From the NCBI GenBank assembly GCA_964247055.1, contig OZ176052.1, positions 11,966,001 through 12,030,000 on the forward strand: 64,000 bases of DNA, read 5' to 3'. The notes beneath the pieces were generated by a model, which ran no database searches, was not told the DNA's origin, and saw only the letters and a list, made by a program, of their open reading frames with translations. Source of the DNA: Paragordius varius. Its lineage: Eukaryota; Animalia; Nematomorpha. The position numbers and the translations under genes were made by a program. Shown here piece after piece: positions 47,801 through 59,880 of the stretch (positions are counted from its first letter, which is position 1; each line of letters opens with the position of its first letter).

Positions 47801-50457
47801 CAGGGGTGTCCAACAGGGTTCTCGCGAGACACTAGTGGCTCATTGAAAATTTTGAGTGGCTCTTTGAAAATTTTGAAAAAAATTTTTTTTTTAAAAAAAT
47901 AATTTCTATTTTTTTGAAATTTTTTATATGTAAATTATGCATTTTTATTTTGATAATTAAATTATTTTAGAAACTTTTTATAAATATCTTTATTATGAAT
48001 CTAGCATCGCATTCATTTAATCATTTATAAAACACATTTTTTCCTGCATGATATTTCCAACTTCAAGATGATACTTTCACATTAAACTAAAACACTAAAT
48101 TACTTTCAAAAAATAGGTATTTAAAAATTAGCTTTCATACCAATACTGAGAATTATAATTTGGGTTTATTGAAACATTGAAATACTTGCAAAAAATAGGT
48201 ATTTAAAATAATTTATTTAGCTTTCATACCAATACAGGGAATTATAATTAAGGTCCATTGAAAAATAAATTATTCGCAAAAAATAGGGGAATCATAATTT
48301 GGGTCCATTGAAACATTAAATTACTTGCAAAAAAATAGGTATTTAAAATAATTTATTTAGCTTACAATATGCATAAATCTAAAAAAGTAATTAGAAAATA
48401 CAATCCCGAATGGGAATTAAAATATGGGTTTACTCAAATTTTCAACAAAGCGGAGTGCTTATTTGCAAATTTACGACAAACGGGTTTCGCGAATATAATT
48501 TAAAAAAACATTCCAATACCATGCATTTGGATTTTATTAATATGACTACAGAAATAAAAATAATAAAATTAGAATCTTAAAAAAATATTAATTAATCTCC
48601 AACCAACAATTTCATTCACGCAACCTTGTCCGATAGTAAAAGCAAATTATATTGTTGCCAATTTACTCGCCAAAAAAATGAAGCCTTATTCTGATGGTTT
48701 TGTAAAGGAATGCGTACTGGAAATTTTAAAATGTGTTTTGCCTATTAAAGTTGATTTATATCCAGTATAAGTTTTTCGCGCAATATTATGTGGCGACGAA
48801 TTACAGACATCGCAGAAAAAATTCAACTTTCCCTAATAGAAAGAATTCAAAATTTTGTGGCGTTTTCCTTGTCATTTGATGAAAGCACAGATATAAGCAA
48901 CATATCACAATTGGTAGTCTTTATTCGAGGGATAAATGAATTTTTTATTATAACAAAAGATATGTTAGGCTTACTTCCGATGAAAAATACAACATGCATA
49001 AATGTATTGAGGACAATAAATTAATTATGAGGGAGCTATCTTGTTTGACAACAGATGGTGCCCCAGCTATGATGGGAAAAAAACAAGGGAACCGTGAAAT
49101 TATTGTTAAATAAGATGGAATCCGATGGTATTTATATTGACCATATATATAATGTATTGCATGATTCACTGTAAAAATCTCTGCGTACATTCTCAGACAA
49201 TTAATGTTATGACCGTTGTTATTAAAGTTAATTTTATAAAATCTCATGCTTTAAAGCATAGGCAGTTTAAGGATTTATTAAAAGAAATTCATTTAGAATA
49301 TGGAGATCTTATATTTTTTTAAATGTAAGGTGGCTTAGTCGAGAGAAATGTCTAAAAAGGTTTTATTATTGATTAAAAGAAATAAATATTTTTCTATTGC
49401 AGAATAATTATTTGGTAGAGGAATTAACCAATGAAGATTGGTTGTCAGATTTATGCTTTTCCGTAGATATTACCGAAAAACTAAATCAATTAAATGAATC
49501 CTTGCAAAAGCAAGATATTTAATTGTTGATGCGAATAACCATATTAAAGCGTTTTGTAAAAAATTGACGTTATTTGAATGCCATTTGAAAAAAAAATGCT
49601 GAACATTTTCCAGAATCGAATAGATTTAAAGCTGGTAAAACTAACGATTTATCAAAATATGCAGATCAAATGAACTATTATTAAAAGCTTTTAATAATCG
49701 ATACAAGGATATGACAAAATATGAAAAAATGTTTGATAATTTTGTTGTCCATTCTACGTTGAGGCTATCAACGGTCCTATTAATTTACAAATGGAATTAC
49801 TGGATTTGCAATCCAATAATGAATTAAAATTATTATTTGGGGAAACAAATTAAATTGAATTTTATAAAAAATATATAACGTTTGATAAATTCCCTAATTT
49901 AAGAATTTTGCACAAAGATTAATTTGTGCTTTTGGGTACACTTATCTTTAAGAAAGTTTTTTTTCTAAAATATATAACACAAAATCTCTTTCACGTTCTT
50001 TATCAACTAAGGAAAACTTGGAGAATGAATTGAGATGTGTTGTATCAAATATTGATATAGATCTGAATAAATTAAGCAAAAAAAATTACAAAACAAATAT
50101 CCCATTAAAAATTTAATTATGCAATGAAAAATATTTATTTCTTTTATTTTTATTTGAATAAAAAAGGTTACATTTTGGCGATTAAGCCACAGTCTACTCT
50201 AGTCATACTATCGAATTGCAATAAGTTTACCATATCCATGTATTTTTATCTTTTTTTACACATTGATATAATTTAATTAGCAAAGCATTATTATATTTAT
50301 ACTGTTTATTTTTTTATATGAAAATTAGCACATCCATATGTTAATATAATAAGTTTATTTGTTACCAATGTCTTGATATATATAAATAAAAAGTGGCTCT
50401 TTGGAATTTTGAGGTCGAAAAGGTGGCTCTTCAAGCCATTTGTGTTGGACCCTCCTG
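47801..50457 (+). mobile_element. hAT (Buster/SPIN-like) DNA transposon
   Basis: TIR CAGGGGTGTCCAAC / GTTGGACCCTCCTG; perfect 8-bp TSD TCCTAAAC (47793-47800, 50458-50465). Confidence 0.93.
48369..50108 (+). pseudogene. SPIN/Buster (GTF2IRD2-like) transposase pseudogene
   Basis: Frameshifted segments KPYSDG..KEC, FSLSFDESTDISNISQLVVFIRG, CLTTDGAPAMMG, HALKHRQFKDLL, ending ..QISH*. Confidence 0.85.
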
Positions 50458-51248
50458 TCCTAAACAAATTATATTAGGTGGAACAATCTAAAAATTTAGT
50501 TTCAAAAAGGCCCATATCAAACTACTTCGACGCCATTTTTATTTCATAACATTTTGGCAAAATATCGTGTTTATTTAATTTTAAATTTTATATCACTTAT
50601 AATATTGATAGAGGCAGAAAAAGTGGTTTATCTTTTATTATTTTTAAGTTTGGCTAAACAGTCATGTTGACTAAATATTTATTTTTGGGTTTTATTCTAA
50701 AATATGTGATATCAAATACTGAATCATTTTTTTAATATTTCGGTTCATTAATGTTACATAAGGGCAACTTTTTGCCATAGTTTCAATTCCTTCCATAGTG
50801 TTTCAAGATTTTAATCAAGCCAGAGGTATCCAAATACCACGATTTGAATCTAAGGACTGAAATGAATGTGTTGTATCCAAATGTTAAAACTTGTTTTAAC
50901 ATTTATTGAAAACAAAACCGTATTGATTGCAAAAATGTTTTTAAAAAGTGAGAAAATGTTTCAATAGACGGATAATCGTATAGATTGTGACTGGGGAAAT
51001 CGATTAGGAAAACATTTTGATTCATTGTTTTTTAGACTGGGCTGTGGTATATTTTTTAAATTTCTTATTGTTAAATTTTGCAATTATGTATATTTAAATA
51101 GCATACATTAAATGTTATATATTATGTGGAATTTTTGTTAAACCCGTTTTAAAAATGTCTAGGTCTCAGAAGTCTCTCTCTAACATCTTTAATAAAGTTG
51201 GTAAATTTAAAATTATTTTAGAGAGTTAAATAAATAAATTCTCTAGAT

Positions 51249-52864
51249 CAGGGAGGGCTGGTGAAACTTTTGTAGTTCCCCACCCCATTTATGATTGCGA
51301 GTCTTCAACGACCCCAACATATATAAAAGAATTTCGGTTTTGACAGATTGACAAAAATAAATCTACATTTTTCATAAATTTCTATAACATTTTCCGATTC
51401 ATAGTTAATTTAAACAAGATACTAGCTGGCCATGTCACGCTTCGGTGTGGCATAGTCTCACCGATAATTATTCTAAATAATTTGCAATAACTAGAGTTAA
51501 TGGAGATAAAAAATAATAATAAACATATTTAATAAAAAGGATGTCTTTAAATATTCTTTTACGGGTTTTGCATAGGCTGAAATATTGTGTCAAAATTGAC
51601 CATATTTAATCCGTCCCTTATTTAAGTTAATATTCAACTATCATCGGATTTATTTTAAGATTTTCGTTTAACGAAATCATGGTTAAAAGAATTTGAAAGT
51701 GTGTTCATACATCTGGATCAAGGGATATAATAAATTATTTGTGGTCCCTTTTTAAAGGAAAGAATATTGTACAAATTCTCCAGAAATGTGTTTAACTGAA
51801 CTCGTATGGCTTCTTAAGCTTTGTGAAAATTAGCTCCAAAACCACGCCTATTTTGTATGGCAGCTCACTTTTAAACCGATAAACCCCTACCCATAGACCT
51901 ATATGGAAAAAGCTCTGAGTTAAATATTTGCCTTTATAGGGGAAATATTTGGAATCATCTTTGATACCATCGTCTCGGGTGATTCGAAAAAAACCTCAAC
52001 ACTAAATAATCGTTATATGATGGCGTTTTAGGGTATCAAAGCCCCAAATTAACGGTAATAAAAAACTCGACCTTATTTTTACCTAGTTCAGAATACTTCA
52101 AGCTTTTAATGAGCTCATATGCTTCATGAACTTTCTGTAAATAAGCTCCAAAAAAAACTCAATTTCTATATAGTGGCGGAGTTTTAGCGGCTATCCGTTT
52201 ACCCAGCAGACAATATTAAAAAAACGCAAGACTATAATTTTTGCTTTTAACAGAGACTAACTCGAATCCTCAGTAAATTTTAACGGTCTCATATCCTGGG
52301 CAAAAAATTTAGTTTTTTTAAAAAAAATGGCATTTTACGTGAGAAACGGGTAAAAAGAGAGCCTAAATTAAAAAAGTAAGCCGACTAGGTTCGGTGCAAT
52401 CGAAAAAAAGTAATAATTATCATATTTGAAATCGAATGGTCCACCACGTTTTCCGTATATATGTCTCAAAAAGACGATTGTTCTGTTCTGTTTGCAAAAA
52501 ACCCCGTTTTTCACACGGTGTGGGCCCGAACTCGGAGTCTAAATCAAAAAAGGGGAAAGCTATTGTCTGGGCATTCATTAATATTTTTTTGACATTTGGA
52601 TTCAAATGGGTATACCGGTTTTCTGGAGGCAGATCACAAAGCCATTATTTTCCATTTTTAAAAATATATAGATTATAATGATTGGAATAGAAATGCTGGT
52701 ATAAACAGTCTTTCAGAACCAGAAAATTTTATGATATATTTATCTACGATGATTGTTGTTTTTCTTTATAAAAATTTTACCAGTTAAAAACATTTTTTGT
52801 TAAACTCTATTCTTATCACTCGCGACTCCAAATAGGGTCGCGATCCATAGTTTAAGAAGCCCTG
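51249..52864. mobile_element. hAT-type non-autonomous element carrying a Helitron
   Basis: Perfect 8-bp TSD CTCTAGAT (51241-51248, 52865-52872); CAGGG-starting imperfect TIRs. Confidence 0.75.
51422..52672 (-). mobile_element. Non-autonomous Helitron
   Basis: Minus strand starts A|TCTATATATTTTTAAAA at 52672 and ends GCCACACCGAAGCGTGAC..CCAGCTAG|T at 51422; 5' ~350 bp homologous to 12372-12730. Confidence 0.7.
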
Positions 52865-52899
52865 CTCTAGATTATTTTCCTTAGCACAAGCGTTGATTA

Positions 52900-53970
52900 C
52901 CAGGTGTAGTCTAAGGTAATTACGGGTTTTTGCTAAAAAACGTTATTAAGGTAATCAATTATTTATTTTATTCGCGATTCTCCTTTCTAAAAATTCCTTC
53001 ACCTCTTAAGTTGTGAATGCCATGATTGGAAACTAAATGTTTTTTGGTAAACCATCTGTCAAGCCATAACGTTTTCCAAATTAAACTGCTCTCTGCAAGC
53101 ATATGCCATGTTGATGCGAGCAGGGAATAGTGATCGTCAGGTCAGGAGAGTTCAGCGGATGCAAAAGTATTTTCCCGAAGCGACTAAAAGGTGTCTTTTG
53201 CTGGTTTTGCCGTGTGGGACGCATTGTTATGTGGCAAAATTTATCGTCCTGTCTAGGGCCCATTTTGGTCGTTTCCTTAATGCATTAATTTAATTAATCA
53301 TTTTCTGCAGATAGAGTTTTGTATTAACGGTTTCGGGGCTCATAATGCACAACAGCGCTTTGGTCCACCAGACACATTCATGGTTTACTGAAGTAATTAA
53401 CTTTGATGTTGATTGACCGGTTGGCAACTTAGCATTTCTCTCTGTCAATTTACAAAAACCATTTCTCACCATCCTCCGGAAGCAGCATATTTCAAGTCCA
53501 TTGGTTATTTTATAATTTCCATGCGAATTGTCTGGTCAGTATTTACTGAGTTTATTGATCCTTCTCATTTTGTATATATCGAATGGTTGTGATCCAATAA
53601 TGAAACGAGTTTGAGTTGAGTCATCATCCAATTAGTCTTGCACTTCGTCTTCGCGGCTGTGTGGTCTGCCATGCCAACTTTCTTTCATATTAAACATTTA
53701 AATATATAAACTATGTTACACAATTTAATCGATGGAACAATGTCTTTCAACATCCTTTTTCTTCTGATGTATAAAAGCAATGCATCCTATAATCGTTTTT
53801 TAGGCACACAGTTCGATTTTACTGAATGATAAACATGAGAGCTCGCTTTTGACAGTTTAAACTTCTTTGTCTGTGTCGTCTGATGGGCCAAATGGCGTCT
53901 GGGTTAAATTAATCGGTTGCGTACTTTTTTGACTTCTTATATTAGTTAAACTGGTATTATATACATCTGG
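52900..53970 (-). mobile_element. Degenerate mariner transposon (far boundary uncertain)
   Basis: TA|CCAGGTGTAGTCTAAGGTAATTACGGGTTTTTGC TIR-like end; minus-strand remnants GRP, CVWW, ETVNTKLY, HPLNSPDL (cf. HPPYSPDL). Confidence 0.7.
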
Positions 53971-54419
53971 TGCAGTAGTTAAAATAATAAAGATATTGCA
54001 CGAAATGTCTATATTTTTTTATAAAAACGTAATATTTTTTAAACCTTCATTTTTCATTATGTCGTCTCGGGTTAATTGGGTTTACCTGTAGATATATAAT
54101 GATACGTTAAAAATATAAGGTATGTATAAATTGTTATTGCAATTTTGTGGTAAAGAGTAAATTATTGGGTTACATAATTTATTTTTCTATTCTAGCTTGA
54201 TATCCTACACCACATTAAGTATATAGAATTAGTCCTATTATATATTTTATACCCTAAACTTTAGGCCAATACCTCTTAATGGCGACAAATAGTTGTTTAT
54301 TCTACAATTAGTATATCAATGTATCATTTATCCAATGTTATAATCAAATCTGATAAGACATGTCAATAGTTGTGATCGTCTGCATTAGATCGATACTCGT
54401 GGTATAGGGGCTGACCTGA

Positions 54420-55170
54420 TTCCTGGCTAGCCCTCCTTCTTCTGGTCTAGCGTCCTTTCGTCTCCTGTCTTTATATATTTTGATCTTTTTTTCAACAAGT
54501 GCATTCATGATTTTACCGCTCAGTTATTTCTAGTATCCACCGACTGAGTTAACTGTCATTGCTCACTCCCACGCGCTACATAAACAATACAATTCTCCCA
54601 CATCAGAACCGTTTCTTTCGAGTGCATGACCCAATTTTTATTTTAATCCCTACGCAGTGGGCTCCTAGAATTAGGCCGGAGTTGGTGTGCCATTTGCTTT
54701 AGGCCAGATAGAAGAATGGCTAGTCTTATGCAAAAAATTAAAATTTTTTGGATGAGGAGGTAAGCAGTTGTGAGCTCCTCAAAGGTATGTGTATATAGCA
54801 AGTGATGCGTCGTAGCCACCTTTTATTGAAAACTTGTATGTTTCTGGCATGTATGTGCGTACGCCACGAGCATCAGTATCCCAAGGATAATCATACATTT
54901 CAAGATTTTTAATTTCAGTTTAAGCCCAACTTTATTGGATAGCCATAGGCCTCTGACCCCAGCGACCAATTGTTAGCAAGTTCCTTTTTATGATTCATAA
55001 TGGTAATCATATTGGTATTATAGATGATGATTGACATCCCTTAGTTTGATTACACTGGGGCAGGTGAGATAGCCTAGACCATACCGACCAAGCTCTGCAA
55101 GTTGATGGATCGAATGTGCGTTATTTGATCTTATCTAAATATCGCAATTTAGGCATTCCATGTTTTATAT
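54420..55170 (-). mobile_element. Old, degenerate RTE-type RT C-terminal fragment
   Basis: Broken-frame remnants LAELGRYGL, GLWLSNKVGLKLKLKIL, IQVFNKRWLRRI resemble post-RT motifs of RTE elements. Confidence 0.5.
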
Positions 55171-57361
55171 ACAAACATTTGATCCATATTTAATCACACT
55201 TATAACCTTAAAGTAAAATAAAAAACTGTTTTTATGGCATATAACTTAAAGAGGTATTATTATGATTCCCACAACTTTTATGGGAATACCGGAATCAATA
55301 TACATTCCTGGTAATAATTATATCTAAATCCTCAATGTATTATATTTATTAATATTTTATAATATTTTATATTTCCAGACGAAAAACGCGACAATTTTGA
55401 ATGTTTGGGAAATGGATGGCTAAGTAGAGCAAACTATCTCATCATATTTTATTAGAATATTATGTACCATAAAAAATGCTTTACATATAGATTATAATTA
55501 ATTCTATTATCCAATTGAAATTTAATTGATATGCCAATTGCATCATGTCTACATTTAGTATTAACAATCAATGACATAATAAAATTATTCAGTAATGTGT
55601 ATTTTTGAAAAATATTTTTAAAATACGTTAAATAGTACAAGGATCTAATTGATCAATAATGTTTATAATTTGCAAAACTTGTCAAAAACCCTATGATCAA
55701 TGTAGTACTTGCTTAGTGCCATTTATGAATGAAGAAAATTCAAATTTCCAAACTTTCAATTTATCCTCAGAAAATGTTTCATCCCCTTTTCAACAGAACA
55801 CAATGAGTACATTTCATCTACCTTTCACAACCGCCACCAATTCCTCTCCAACTACCAATTATCAAGATGTTATTAATACAATTAACAATGAATCACCTAA
55901 AACGTATCCAGACACCAAAGCTCACATGATGAACTATTTAGATTCCAAAACTGGCCTATTTACAAACGTCACTCCGGTATGTAAAACCTTTTCGTTGCAA
56001 AAATATTGGACTTAAATTTCAAACGAGTAATTAAATAATATGTTGATGGGTAATATAGAAAACGTTTCTCTGTCTTAAAAATTATCGTCGGTTTTTATGG
56101 TAATTTTTTTTTAAAAGCAATTTTGTAGTAGTATTGTTTGTCAATATTTAAGAGACCACACTAAATATTGGCTCACTAACCTCAATGATAAATTTTTAAT
56201 TTATTGATCCATATTTTTAGATTTTAAATAAAATATTGGTGCATTTATTCACATATTTATTGGTAAGCTTAATATTCTCAGTTGACATTTATAAAAGAGA
56301 TAATCTACAAACACTGTAAAATAAATGAAAAGATATTATTTCGGGCTTCAACTCCTTTAAAAATTGCAGTAGTTTCTATAAGCATTTATCAAATATTAAC
56401 CGGGAGTCGGTGAATCTTACACAGCTTAAATTACAGAATGCAAACCGTCATAAATGTTTTTTTATTCAATAATATTTATATAAAAGTTTTGTAGAAACTT
56501 GGGCTTATGTTTACATTTACGTATGAGTCATGGAAGTTGATAGCCAAATTATTTCCACACAGTTGAGGTGATATCATATCCTTTAAAAAATTAAAATATC
56601 CGTAAAACTACCCTAATGCTAATAAGAATAATAATTGTTAGAGAGAATCCATATACTTATAATACCGCTTTAATAAAGGTAACGAGAAGCAAATATGATT
56701 TGTAAGCCGGAACGATTTAGTTATCGATTCCGCAACCCTATAAATCATATAATGTATCTGCTAACATAAGCCCAAATTATTTAATTTTAACGATCCACAT
56801 ATTCGCATTACGCTAATCATACTAAAAATATTACTTGCCAGATACAATCGCCAATTACTTCAAATACTGCCTTTAAAGAAACAAGAAGTCAAAACGTTTT
56901 AGATACAAGTTTATTGTCGAATACTCCAGAAATCAGTAAGTTGCAACAAACATTCCCCTTTCTTTCTATACAGACATTACTCGGTATGTGGCTTGATAAT
57001 TATGTGCAAGATGGCAGTAATGAATCAACAATTAATTCATTCAATAAAGATCAGTACGAATGCAGAAATGAAGATGAAGAATACATAGAGGGACAAAAGG
57101 AGGAGAAACCGCCAATTAAGTATAAACCGAATGACAGTTGGACAATCTACAGACCTAGTCCATTTGAGCCTTGGCAAAAGACAAAACCTGGCCCATGTAT
57201 ATTACAAGGGACCGCCATATCCACACAAAATAGAAAAAGTAAATTGACGTCGCTAATTTTGAGGAGGTTTTACGCCAAGAAGCCCAAATTTGCCAACAGC
57301 TAGCGGAATATTCTCAACAAGTTTCGCAAAACTTGCAATCCATATATGAGACATTTAATTA

Positions 57362-59880
57362 CACTAGACAACAAATTTTGACTTTTTTTAACAGCCATTT
57401 GTAAAAATCAGAAATTTAATCAAGTATACAATTCAGAATCCGAATCCGAAAAAAATTTTGACCTGGCTTGCATATGAGAAAATTAATATTTTGTAAATTT
57501 TAAAATAATCAATAAATCGGACGCTTTATAAAATATTTTATTAGAGAGAAAAATATTAAAAATATGATACTTATATCATTAAATAAAGCATAAAAAACTC
57601 TATCTTTTACATATAAATATATTATGAAAGCCTTTATAAAAAATCTTGAATTAAGAGAATAATAGTTAAATTTTTTGCTTTTTTACAAGCTCATCGCAAA
57701 CGTTTGTAAATATGTCTCAGTGTAATGATAACGTATTTAATTTATAGATTAAAGCATCAGCTTTTAGAATATATATATTTTTTTGTTCAATTTTAATTTT
57801 AACTTAAAGTTATGAACCAATTTAAGTACATCAGTAACGGAGAACCCAATCCAATTTTATGCAAAATCTATTTTCCTTGTGTATATTTATATTTTTTTAA
57901 ATTTGAACGAGATGGATAAGGTAAAATTAACATTTATATATAGGCCGAGTAATTATCATAGAAAATGGATTAATCACATATATTACGTAAACTTATTGAT
58001 TATGGTATCCTATTTATGTGAAGAAATTTTTAATTTACACAAATCTGAAAGCTCAAACCTATTTATTGTTCAAATAAATTGATGGATATCTATAGATTAT
58101 ATTCAATAAACTTAACCACAAACAGAGAAACATATTAATGCTAAGATATTTATCACATATTGTACAGAGCAATTTATTTACGCTAAATAAATCGATTTCA
58201 AAATAAATACAATTTCAATACATTTATTTATTGTAAATACATATAGGTGGCATATAAATATATAAAAATTATGTATGATTCCAAATAAAATCAGATATCA
58301 TATTAATAGTATTTTTATTATTATATCTTTTTTCAAATATCTTCAGGTCCTGATGCATTCTTTCCCCGATTTGGTGAGATATATTGTTAAAGGGAAAATT
58401 CTTGAGGTGCTCATCCACCATGTGCATTTTCATGGACATTTGACAACCTATATTTAATTTAATGAGGTACCCATATCCTGAAAACTTCTTATTAAATTTT
58501 CTGCCAACTCTAGATATCGTGGCGATTTGTAAGATCCTATACATATTATAATATACAAACCTAAGAACCCAGAATCAAATTTTTGCATAGCATCAAATGC
58601 TAGCCTCTTTTTCTCATTAAGTAGTTCAAAAAAATATGTATCTGTAAATATTTTTTTCATCACCGGCCCCGTCACCACTCCGGCCTCTGCCTTAGCCTTG
58701 GTAAGTTTATGTTTAGATTGAAAATAAATAAACGATTTGGATGTTTTATCCAAGTTTTTAATAAATATTGAAAAGAGTCCCAGTGCTATATGTAGGCAGG
58801 GGATGTACACTTTCTTTATATCAATGAGGGGTTCCCTCACACAATTATGCAATCCAATTGTGAAGACTCTGGAACCCCAGTCTTTCGTTCGATAGTGTAA
58901 GTCACGCTCCCTGCTGTTCCACAGACAAAATATACAGTGGTACTTAGGTAACCCACCCTGCAAGCCGGCAATCATCAATAAAACCTAAATGTTAATTTTT
59001 AGCTACTTTAAAGTCACCAATAACGTTCCAATTATCCCTTGTATAATTTAAATTTTTTTTTGAAAATTTCATATGATTCTTTGGCAGCCCTGGCATACCC
59101 AATTATTAAAAGATACTTGTTATCCTGTATATTCAACAATATGAATTTCAAGCTTACCTAAAATTATGAATATTTTTTAACCATGTTGGAATCTTATAAT
59201 AATGCCCAGTCCTCGGGATTATAATTTATGTTAATTTCTTCCATTAAACCATTAATATTGTTCTTCCGCAGCACATACAAAAATTGTTCGGATCATCTTT
59301 GCAATTGCGTTCTATATTATAAGGATAAATACCTGCTTGCGGGATCTCGCTCGTATCAACGATTTGATTTAAAAACTTATACATTAATGCACTAGGAAAG
59401 TATTTTTGTATATATTTTGATAAAATTTAACACACCACTGCAAATGAAAATCACCTCATAAAAGCGACAAAAACTTTTTATACAGAAAAAATATTTCTTT
59501 ATTCTGAAAGAGCAATGTTTATTAGTTAAAAATTGTTATTTACCGTAATTTTTTAGCAAACTTTACAGTTTAAGATTTTCGCTCACAAAAAAACGTTAAT
59601 TTTTGCTATTTTAAATTGAAAATTTATAAGCATATTAATTAAAATTATTTATCTTTATATTTTTTATATATAATCGATTACTCTCTATCGATTGATATAT
59701 AATTTGTCTACATATAAAGCAGTTTTGTAGTTTATATCTTTGATTAACTTGTTAAATTACCGTTTTTTCAAAAAACAGAAAATTTTATTTTTTGAAAAAT
59801 GCTTTCAAGTAGCCCATTTTTTTTTTAAATTTTTGGTATAAGTATACTATTAGCTAACTAAAACGAAAATAATCTCATTT
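57362..59880 (-). mobile_element. Chapaev3-like transposon, internally deleted, one end lost
   Basis: TTA|CACTAGACAACAAATTTT terminus. The other end lacks a TIR, and about 4 bp of host exon are missing relative to copy A. Confidence 0.82.
58269..59384 (-). pseudogene. Chapaev3 transposase remnant containing four 22-24 nt introns
   Basis: After splicing: RNCKDDPNNFCMCCG..(deletion)..YNPEDWALL*DSNM|VSLKFILL...KESYE...WNVIGDFK|VLLMIAGLQGGLPKYHCIFCLWNSR...PCLHIALGL...GFLG|SYKSPRY...MG|CQMSMKMH...GERMHQD. One stop and one homopolymer frameshift remain. Confidence 0.85.

Larger units (their letters stand above)
47684..50887 (+). mobile_element. piggyBac-type MITE split by a hAT insertion
   Basis: Left terminus TTAACACTTCGATTCAAATTGGGG at 47684, right terminus GTATCCAAATGTTAA at 50887; halves rejoin across TSD TCCTAAAC. 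Confidence 0.85.

Noticed and set aside
59312-59332. Candidate 21-nt intron near the transposase start
   Set aside because: Length 3n with no stop, so it reads through as coding; neither frame nor homology requires it.
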